DNA of 15,086 nt, from contig JAWBON010000029.1 in assembly GCA_038826135.1 (NCBI GenBank), forward strand, positions 1 to 15,086, written 5' to 3'. Positions 1-6,726 of this stretch are shown one piece after another. A program made the position numbers and the translations under genes. The notes beneath the pieces are model-generated. The model searched no databases. It had not been told where the DNA came from and was given only the letters and a program-made list of their open reading frames with translations. Numbering within the stretch: position 1 is the stretch's first letter; every line of letters begins with the position of its first letter. This stretch comes from Candidatus Odinarchaeota archaeon (GTDB taxonomy: Archaea > Asgardarchaeota > Odinarchaeia > Odinarchaeales > Odinarchaeaceae).

Positions 1-458
1 GAAGTCTCGCTCTCCACAATAGAGAGTGTATCTAAAGATTCTGCTAATTTACTTGTAGTATTACCAGGTTTATCTTCTAATATTAATCTACCTGTCGAGG
101 CTTCAATCCGTCCTTTAATTTCCCCTTTACCGATAGCCTCTATTACTATTGCTTTAACGTCAGAATACTCCATGTTCAGCTCAGCAGATAGTTTATCTAA
201 ACTTACACTATCATATGCTTTAATTGAATTAACAATCTGTTCAAACGCTCTTCTACTCTTAAAATAACTTTCAGCTGCTGCTATATACAGGAAGAAGGCT
301 GGTATGAAAAGCCAGAAACCCCACCACGCCAAACCTAAAAATAATATTTGCAGTAACCCGAAAACTATGCTTAACACACCTATAATGGTGAAAACTATTG
401 CTACCCCTAGGGTTGTTATATACGGTTTTTTATTGTACTCTAATTTCTCCGGTCCCAT
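1..458 (-). CDS. Membrane protein with N-terminal TM helices and a PCI-like winged-helix domain (3' end runs off the window)
   Basis: Manual translation from ATG at 458, with an in-frame TAG just upstream at 471-473; open to the window edge: MGPEKLEYNKKPYITTLGVAIVFTIIGVLSIVFGLLQILFLGLAWWGFWLFIPAFFLYIAAAESYFKSRRAFEQIVNSIKAYDSVSLDKLSAELNMEYSDVKAIVIEAIGKGELKGRIEASTGRLILEDKPGNTTSKLAESLDTLSIVESET... The segment YDSVSLDKLSAELNM-x-DVKAIVIEAIGKGELKGRIEASTGRLIL resembles the C-terminal winged helix of PCI/PINT domains. Confidence 0.75.
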   Translation of the reverse strand, partial: MGPEKLEYNKKPYITTLGVAIVFTIIGVLSIVFGLLQILFLGLAWWGFWLFIPAFFLYIAAAESYFKSRRAFEQIVNSIKAYDSVSLDKLSAELNMEYSDVKAIVIEAIGKGEIKGRIEASTGRLILEDKPGNTTSKLAESLDTLSIVESET

Positions 459-546
459 GCTATCAGCCTTCTACTAATATATTTTAAATCTTGATTAAAA
501 AATCTTCTATTTATATTACTCACTCGGATTTTTTAAAGATTTGAAA

Positions 547-1839
547 TTATATGATACTTATTACTGTTAAAAATATTGACGCTGTTGAAAGAAACACTAG
601 GTTTAATAAACCCACTTTCGCATAGTCTCTTACTCTAATTTTAGCCCCATAATCTTTAGCTAAACTCATAGCTATCAGACCTGAAGTTGTAGCCCACGGT
701 AGGAATGTGATACCGATATCAGCCCCTAGCAGAAGAGCGTAGGCCATCGGTAGTAGCGGTATTGTAGCAGAGAAAATCCTGATAATAGGTATGAACATAA
801 GAGTTACGGCCAGATTATCCAAAAAACCTGTGAGAGCGGCTGTAACCCACATAATAAGGATTAACGCTATTACAGCGCTGCCCCCTATGACATAAAATAA
901 TGAATCTCCAAGTGTGTTTAAAATCCCGCTTTCACTAACTCCGCCTATTGTGATTGATATTCCGATTATATATATTATGGTCTCCCAGTCTGTTTTTTGA
1001 AAAATTCGCTGCAAATCCGCTCTGTTAACTAAAAGGCTGATCGCCGCGGATAGTAGTGCAATAAATCCTAAGCTAACCCCCATAATACTGCTTAAAAAAA
1101 ACATAAGAAATGTGAAGCCTAGTATGCCTGTTGTAAAATAGAATATTTTTTTTCCAGGTACAACACTCCAAGGATCCACAAGCTCTAATTCATACAATAC
1201 TTCTCTTGAAACTTTTTGAGATTTTATTTTTTTTCTTTGAAGTTTAGGAGCTATTAAAATTGAGAAACCTAGAAATATAAGCCCCAGAGGATAGGCTATT
1301 GAAGCCCACTCTAAATATGTTATTTGAAGCAGTTGGGATGCTACAATTATGGACACGGAGCCGCTTACAAGAGTAGTCCCGGCCATATCCGCTATAAAAG
1401 ACTCTACTATAAGAAAAGGCACAGGATCATAGTCACATGTGGCACTGGTTATAACAGTCATAGACCCGATTATCATCATCGTGGTTATGCTTCCTACAAC
1501 CCCTGCTAAGAAGAAGGTTAAAACCATGAAGGCCATGTAAAGGGGGTAGATTCTACCGCCTGTTTTTTTAACAATCTTTAATGTTATAAACTGGAATAAT
1601 CCGCTATCCTTAGTAACCTGAATTAATATGAATAACCCTAGTATAAGGAATATCGCATCAAAATCTATGAACCCTAACGCGTCTGTGAAATTAAATAAAC
1701 CTGAAAAATAGCCTACGGCTATAACAGAAACCGCTCCCAGCAGGCCGACTAAAGCGTTTGAAATACGTTGAAACGCAAGCAGCGCATTCACTAGTATTAA
1801 TATAGCTACTAGAATCCAGGTTACCAATAAACTCACCAT
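547..1839 (-). CDS. ArsB/NhaD (ion transporter superfamily, P-permease/SLC13-like) membrane transporter
   Basis: 430 aa with about 11-12 hydrophobic segments; IDFDAIFLILGLFIL-x-DSGLF, IDW-like TDWETIIYIIG, GFLDNLAV and ALLLGADIG-x-LPWATTSGLIA motifs typical of ArsB/NhaD permeases. Substrate unknown. Confidence 0.8.
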   Translation of the reverse strand: MVSLLVTWILVAILILVNALLAFQRISNALVGLLGAVSVIAVGYFSGLFNFTDALGFIDFDAIFLILGLFILIQVTKDSGLFQFITLKIVKKTGGRIYPLYMAFMVLTFFLAGVVGSITTMMIIGSMTVITSATCDYDPVPFLIVESFIADMAGTTLVSGSVSIIVASQLLQITYLEWASIAYPLGLIFLGFSILIAPKLQRKKIKSQKVSREVLYELELVDPWSVVPGKKIFYFTTGILGFTFLMFFLSSIMGVSLGFIALLSAAISLLVNRADLQRIFQKTDWETIIYIIGISITIGGVSESGILNTLGDSLFYVIGGSAVIALILIMWVTAALTGFLDNLAVTLMFIPIIRIFSATIPLLPMAYALLLGADIGITFLPWATTSGLIAMSLAKDYGAKIRVRDYAKVGLLNLVFLSTASIFLTVISII

Positions 1840-2094
1840 TTACTATGTTGGTACGATTCTATAGCTCTGTTTAAACATTCTTTAATCTTTTAAAATATTA
1901 TTTTAAATAAACTTTCTAAAAAACCTTTACAAAAAAAGTCTAAAAACAGTTTTTTATATCATATCAATCTTAGAAAAATTAACTTGAATAACTATAATAT
2001 ACTAGAATACTTTAAGATAAACCTTTATTAGTGATTATTTTAATTATATTTTCGAACTAGGATTGGGATCTTTTTAGAGTAAACATGTTTCCAC

Positions 2095-3234
2095 ATGATG
2101 GAAGCTGAGATGATTATGCTTCGAAGCGGATTAGCAAATTTACCGTTACACGGGGGTAAAGCCCCTCCATGGCTTATAGCTAAAATGACTGAGCTTGGTA
2201 AAGCAATATTCTCCGTCATGTTCTTAGAACACGGGGTGGATGAGATTCTAAAGAGATTATCAGACCCATTCTGGTTTCAATGCCTTTCATGCGTGTTAGG
2301 ATATGATTGGCATAGCAGCGGCACCACAACCGTTACTATGGGTGTTCTTAAATCTTTTCTAAAACCGCACGAGTATGGTTTAGCTGTAGTTGGTGGCAAA
2401 GGCTCTAGAAGCCGGAATACTCCTGTTGAAATCGATAGGGTTGCTGACAGTTTAAATATTGGAGAAACACGTGTTCAAGAACTTAAGAGGATAAGTCGTT
2501 TGACTGCTAAGGTTGATAACGCGGCTCTGCAAGATGGTTTTCAACTCTACCATCACACTATGGTGATTGGTAAAAAACAGTGGGCTGTAGTCCAGCAAGG
2601 CATGGATAAAATCAACTTGTATGCTCGGCGATATCACTGGCTGTCTAAACCGTCAAGCAGTTTAATAGTTGAACCTCACACCGGTATTGTAAGTGATGTA
2701 CTGCGGGAAAAAGTTTTAGATATGTGCGCTAAGCAAAGTGAAAGCTGTCGTAAAACAAGCCTGGATCTCGTTAAAGATAATCCGCGTCATTTGAAACGCG
2801 TTTTCAACAATTTAAAAGATCCATTTCAAAAAACTTTAACCGCATCCTCGAATAACTATAATATTCAAATTCTATCTATGCCTCGTAGAATTGACTGGGA
2901 CGCTCTTCAAAAAGCTTATGAACTTCAACCCGGCAGCTATGAGGATTTTCTGCTTATTCAAGGAATAGGCCCCGCCGCGGTCCGCGCTCTAGCGTTAATC
3001 TCACAGTTAATGTGGGGGGCCTCCCCTAGTTGGAGGGACCCGGCTAAATTCTCTTTCGCTCACGGGGGTAAAGACGGTGTCCCGTATCCTGTTAACCGGA
3101 AACTTATGGAGAGATCAGCTCAGTTTTTAACTGATGTAGTTCAAGAGGCTAAGATTGGGAGTAAAGATAAAATGAATATGCTAAAAAGACTGTCAGACTT
3201 CATTAAACCAGTTGTTGAAAGTGAAAGCATATAG
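2095..3234 (+). CDS. DUF763 domain-containing protein (HhH motif; putative nucleic-acid/DNA-repair related)
   Basis: RSGLANLPLHGGKAPPWL, RLSDPFWFQ-x-VLGYDWHSSGTTT, GGKG, SRLTAKVDNAALQDGFQLYHH, WAVVQQGM, ARRYHW, GIGPAAVRALAL and FSFAHGGKDGVPYPV are characteristic of DUF763. The true start may be ATG 2110 or 2116. Confidence 0.9.
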   Translation: MMEAEMIMLRSGLANLPLHGGKAPPWLIAKMTELGKAIFSVMFLEHGVDEILKRLSDPFWFQCLSCVLGYDWHSSGTTTVTMGVLKSFLKPHEYGLAVVGGKGSRSRNTPVEIDRVADSLNIGETRVQELKRISRLTAKVDNAALQDGFQLYHHTMVIGKKQWAVVQQGMDKINLYARRYHWLSKPSSSLIVEPHTGIVSDVLREKVLDMCAKQSESCRKTSLDLVKDNPRHLKRVFNNLKDPFQKTLTASSNNYNIQILSMPRRIDWDALQKAYELQPGSYEDFLLIQGIGPAAVRALALISQLMWGASPSWRDPAKFSFAHGGKDGVPYPVNRKLMERSAQFLTDVVQEAKIGSKDKMNMLKRLSDFIKPVVESESI

Positions 3235-3242
3235 AAATAATT

Positions 3243-3869
3243 TCACATCTTACACCAGTCTCCAACAGGCCAGCCGAGCCCCGCATCCACATACAGGTGT
3301 TCGAACGTTTCCTTAGCGTCAGCTGTGAAATACGGGTAAGGACAAACCCATTCGCCGTTATCAATTATTCCAAAGTGTATGTGAGATCCTGAACCGTGAT
3401 GTAATAATTCACCCAGCGTTTGATTAGCCTCCACGTGATCCCCAACATTAACAATTAAGGCATCTAACTGATATCTGCCGTATGTTTCATTTAAAGCCCA
3501 TGATTCGAATGCTATAATCACACTCCACCTGCTGTTCAATCTTAAACGGAGATTAGTCTGCCATGTATTCATGGCCTCGTTTTCAAAAAAGCTTATATCC
3601 TCCACATATGCTTCACACGGTGCTACTATAATAGTTGTATCGTTAACTAGAAAGTCGAAGCCGTTGTGAAAGCGATCCGGTTCTACTTGACCGTAGCCTT
3701 GAATCATGGAGAGATTAGAGTAATCATATAACGGTAAAATTAACTGTGGATCCCGGTCTAAAGGCAAGGTGTCAGGTAAACTTGTATTAACATGCCATAA
3801 TGTGAAGCCTATAATGCAGGCTGCTATTATCACGGTTGAACCTGCTAAAATCAGTTTCTTATTTGCCAA
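3243..3869 (-). CDS. Membrane-anchored M23 metallopeptidase-like protein (paralogue A)
   Basis: TTG start with SD GGTGAGG upstream; N-terminal TM/signal anchor; HNGFD (HxxxD), IVAPCEAYV, VNVGDHVEANQTLG and HIHFGI (HxH) match M23/LytM zinc motifs. Confidence 0.8.
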   Translation of the reverse strand: MANKKLILAGSTVIIAACIIGFTLWHVNTSLPDTLPLDRDPQLILPLYDYSNLSMIQGYGQVEPDRFHNGFDFLVNDTTIIVAPCEAYVEDISFFENEAMNTWQTNLRLRLNSRWSVIIAFESWALNETYGRYQLDALIVNVGDHVEANQTLGELLHHGSGSHIHFGIIDNGEWVCPYPYFTADAKETFEHLYVDAGLGWPVGDWCKM

Positions 3870-3965
3870 TTAAATCCCTCACCCTGGTTTAAAATATTTT
3901 ATTAATAATAAGATATTATTATATTTGTAAATATTTTTTTCGATTAAATGTTTAATCTGCTTATC

Positions 3966-3979
3966 AAAAAAAAGAAAAA
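3966..3979 (-). terminator. Oligo-T archaeal-type terminator for paralogue B
   Basis: Minus strand reads TTTTTCTTTTTTTT about 30 nt after the stop of the 4010..4663 gene. Confidence 0.45.
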
Positions 3980-4009
3980 TATTTCTAATATAGATGTTTC
4001 TACGTGATT

Positions 4010-4663
4010 TCAGGGGGGTGTTAGCTTACACCAGTCATCTGACGGCTGGCCGATTACAGTATATAATTCTTCAAATTTTATTTTCGATTCCTGTGTAAAA
4101 TACTGGTAGGGGCATTTATCCTCGTAACAGCTTTCATTTCCAGGATCCGGGTAGTATCTCACTGTAAAATGTAAATGACTGTCGCCTAGTGAAAAGCATA
4201 GGAGCTGCCCTAGTGTTTGATTGGTGGAAACTATTTGACCGACAGATACTGTTATAGCCGCCAGTTGCTGTTCAGCCCCTGCTTCACTATCAGCATTGCA
4301 TTCGAATGCTAGTAGTATTCTCCAGTACTTGTTGAGTCTCAGCTCCATGTTAACCTGCCACCGACTGGAAATTTCATTATGCCATGCGTTTAAGTAATTT
4401 ACATACGCGTCACACGGTGAGACGATAACGGTAGTGTCATTTATCACGTAATCGAATCCTGGATGGAAGTAGTCTGATGTAACCCATCCGAATCCCTGAA
4501 TTTTATATAAATTCGAATATTCATATACTGGGAGTATCAGCTGCGGGTCTTCTCCTTCAGGTAGCGTGTCTGGTATACTTGACATGAGATTCCATACTGC
4601 AAACCCTGAAACGCAAGCAACTATCACTACAACTCCTAAACCAGCTAAAACCGTATGCTTCAA
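4010..4663 (-). CDS. Membrane-anchored M23 metallopeptidase-like protein (paralogue B)
   Basis: TTG start with SD GGTGGT; N-terminal TM; HPGFD, IVSPCDAYV, VSVGQIVSTNQTLG and HLHFTV motifs; colinear with paralogue A (PDTLP, DPQLILP, NDTT, CPYxYFT, DWCK). Confidence 0.8.
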   Translation of the reverse strand: MKHTVLAGLGVVVIVACVSGFAVWNLMSSIPDTLPEGEDPQLILPVYEYSNLYKIQGFGWVTSDYFHPGFDYVINDTTVIVSPCDAYVNYLNAWHNEISSRWQVNMELRLNKYWRILLAFECNADSEAGAEQQLAAITVSVGQIVSTNQTLGQLLCFSLGDSHLHFTVRYYPDPGNESCYEDKCPYQYFTQESKIKFEELYTVIGQPSDDWCKLTPP

Positions 4664-4802
4664 ATATTACACCATTAATTTTTAAATTGAAATTATTCTA
4701 GATTTTATTATATAAATTTTTAAAAGCATAACGGTTCTCTCATCTAACATGTTTATTAATTTTAAAGGTTTGTAAGATAAGCTTGTAGAGGCCTACCGTA
4801 AT

Positions 4803-5423
4803 ATGACACGTATAGAAAATTTTTTAGCAACCCTCCCCGGCTACGCTGTAGAATTAGGTCTCAATCTTCATGATCCGGATGACCGTTTTAAATGGTTTTT
4901 AGCCGCTTTCCTTTTTGCTAAGCGTATCTCTGTTGAAATAGCGAAGAAAACTATTCGTCTTTTCATCTCGAAGGGGCTTGTAACGCCGGCGGCTTTGCTT
5001 AAAGCTGGCTGGCATAGGCTTGTGGATGTTCTTGATAAGGGAGGTTATGTACGTTATGATTATTCTACAGCTTCTAACCTGCTTCTTCTAGCTGAAAATA
5101 TATTAAACAAGTATGGTAGTTTAGAAAATCTGTATAATTGTGCTGGCAGCTCTAAGGATTTAGAGGCGCGGTTACTGGAGTTTAAGGGTATCGGACCAGT
5201 GTGTGTGAATATTTTTCTAAGGGAGTTAAGGGGTATTTGGGAGAAAGCCCAGCCCGCGCCCTCTCCTATAGCTGTGGAAATGGCTGGTGTTCTCGGCGTG
5301 GAAGATTTTGTAAAATATGAGGCTGCTTTAGTAAGGTTGAATCTGGAATACTGTAAGAGAAGTAAATGTACTCAATGCCCGGTTAAAGAATTCTGTAATA
5401 AATTTAAAAATAATTTAAGGTGA
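4803..5423 (+). CDS. HhH-GPD superfamily (endonuclease III-like) protein with a C-terminal 4-Cys Fe-S motif
   Basis: HhH motif LLEFKGIGPVCVNIFLREL; C-terminal CKRSKCTQCPVKEFC; helical N-terminus FKWFLAAFLFAKRISVEIA. Confidence 0.75.
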   Translation: MTRIENFLATLPGYAVELGLNLHDPDDRFKWFLAAFLFAKRISVEIAKKTIRLFISKGLVTPAALLKAGWHRLVDVLDKGGYVRYDYSTASNLLLLAENILNKYGSLENLYNCAGSSKDLEARLLEFKGIGPVCVNIFLRELRGIWEKAQPAPSPIAVEMAGVLGVEDFVKYEAALVRLNLEYCKRSKCTQCPVKEFCNKFKNNLR

Positions 5424-5450
5424 TTTTACAGGTTTAATTCAGCCGGTGAT

Positions 5451-6314
5451 GTGGTGAAAATCTTTGAATATCCTATAATATCATGTTCGCGTAGAACTGA
5501 TATCCCAGCTCACATGATGAACTGGGTTTTAGATAGGGTTAGAGCTGGGTATGTTGACGTTAGAAACCCGTTTAACCCTCATATAATTCAACGTGTTAAT
5601 CTTAAACCATCTGTTGTTAAATGCTGGGTTTGGTGGTCTAAGGATTTCGGTGAATGGATTAAAAGCTATTATGAGAACATTGAACTGTTCAGATTATTTA
5701 AAGGACATTTCTTCCAATTCACTATTAACACTCCATGCGAGCTGGAACCCGGGATTAAAACCACCCTTTATGAAAGACTTATCCAGCTTGAACGCCTAGT
5801 AGGTGAGTTCTCCTCTTCAGCTATAACTCTTAGATTCGACCCGATAGTATTCTATAAGAAATCAGATTCAACCCAGGTTAAAGATAATTTACAATTCTTC
5901 GAATACATTGTTCGGAGAGCTGCTGATTTAAATATAAGAGAATTAGTTTTCTCATTCATCGAATTATATCCAAAGGTTGTTTCACGCATGATCCGTCGTG
6001 GTAAGATACCTGTTCAACTCTCTGTTAATGATAAAACACGTGTTGTTAAACATCTTCTGGAGGTTTGCAACAGTTACGGGGTTAAGTTAAAAGCCTGTTG
6101 TCAACCCGAACTGCTCAATATTCCTGGAATAGACCGGTCTTGTTGCATCGACGCGTATAGGATTGAGCGGTTAATAAAAGTGAATTTACCTAAGGTGAAA
6201 GATAAAGGTCAGCGGGTAAACTGTGCATGCCATAGATCTGTTGATATAGGCGGATATACCGGAATCTTCTCCTGTAAGCATAGCTGCGATTACTGCTACG
6301 GGGCACCGAGGTAG
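5451..6314 (+). CDS. DUF1848 family protein (radical-SAM/SplB-related, with CxxxCxxC at the C-terminus)
   Basis: IISCSRRTDIPA, V-x-NPFNP, WSK, FQFTIN, LRFDPI, CCID, CACHRSVDIG and terminal CKHSCDYCY match DUF1848. SD GGTGAT lies just upstream; the start is GTG 5451 or 5454. Confidence 0.88.
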   Translation: MVKIFEYPIISCSRRTDIPAHMMNWVLDRVRAGYVDVRNPFNPHIIQRVNLKPSVVKCWVWWSKDFGEWIKSYYENIELFRLFKGHFFQFTINTPCELEPGIKTTLYERLIQLERLVGEFSSSAITLRFDPIVFYKKSDSTQVKDNLQFFEYIVRRAADLNIRELVFSFIELYPKVVSRMIRRGKIPVQLSVNDKTRVVKHLLEVCNSYGVKLKACCQPELLNIPGIDRSCCIDAYRIERLIKVNLPKVKDKGQRVNCACHRSVDIGGYTGIFSCKHSCDYCYGAPR

Positions 6315-6405
6315 TATTAAATTCTCCGTTAATCCTGGTATCCGCTCTTCTAATCTTTAAAATAAAAAAATTCAAGGGAAGGATGCGTAAAAAATATTTA
6401 CTACT

Positions 6406-6567
6406 TTACCTTCTCCTCTTAGCAAAACACTCTCTACAGTATACGGGTCTGCCCTCAGCGGGTTTGAACGGGACTTCGCATTCAGCACCACACTCTGAGC
6501 AGATAGCCTTATACATTTGTCGCGGCTCAGAGCTGCCTCTAAAGCCGCCGCCACCTGATCTTCTCAA
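6406..6567 (-). CDS. Small CxxC-x17-CxxC zinc-binding protein (53 aa)
   Basis: Manual translation, below the ORF-track cutoff: MRRSGGGGFRGSSEPRQMYKAICSECGAECEVPFKPAEGRPVYCRECFAKRRR. There are exactly 17 residues between CSEC and CREC, with the family-typical VPFKP-x-GRPVYC; TTG start with upstream GGAG/GAGTGA. Confidence 0.9.
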   Translation of the reverse strand: MRRSGGGGFRGSSEPRQMYKAICSECGAECEVPFKPAEGRPVYCRECFAKRRR

Positions 6568-6656
6568 AACTCACTCTACTCCTTTTATAATATAATAACA
6601 TATACCACTATAGAAAAATAGTAATATATGTTACAATTGGAGTATAGTTTATTACT

Positions 6657-6670
6657 GCTTATAAGCTTTC
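6657..6670 (-). promoter_or_regulatory. Candidate BRE/TATA box (GAAAG-CTTATAAG) for the CxxC-x17-CxxC gene; the palindromic core GCTTATAAGC could also serve the divergent gene
   Basis: Purine-rich GAAA directly 5' of TTATAA on the minus strand, within the divergent intergenic region. Confidence 0.4.
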
Positions 6671-6726
6671 ACTTTTATCAGCATTAATCCTAAAACTTAT
6701 TATTTTTATTCTATCTCTATTCTCTC

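Noticed and set aside
1840-2094. Long AT-rich intergenic region as a possible ncRNA or origin
   Set aside because: Only A/T tracts consistent with divergent promoters; no stable GC-rich stem, ORB-like repeat or C/D box pair recognised.
3243-3260. C-terminal Cys (WCKM in M23 paralogue A; KPLC in the secreted protein) as CaaX substrates for the ICMT-family enzyme
   Set aside because: Neither has Cys at position -4 followed by aliphatic residues, both C-termini are predicted extracellular, and paralogue B extends beyond the Cys.
6372-6595. Track ORFs 6372..6554 (-) and 6383..6595 (+)
   Set aside because: Both are shadows of the CxxC-x17-CxxC gene at 6406..6567 (-), which has a recognisable family motif and an SD; they show no motif.
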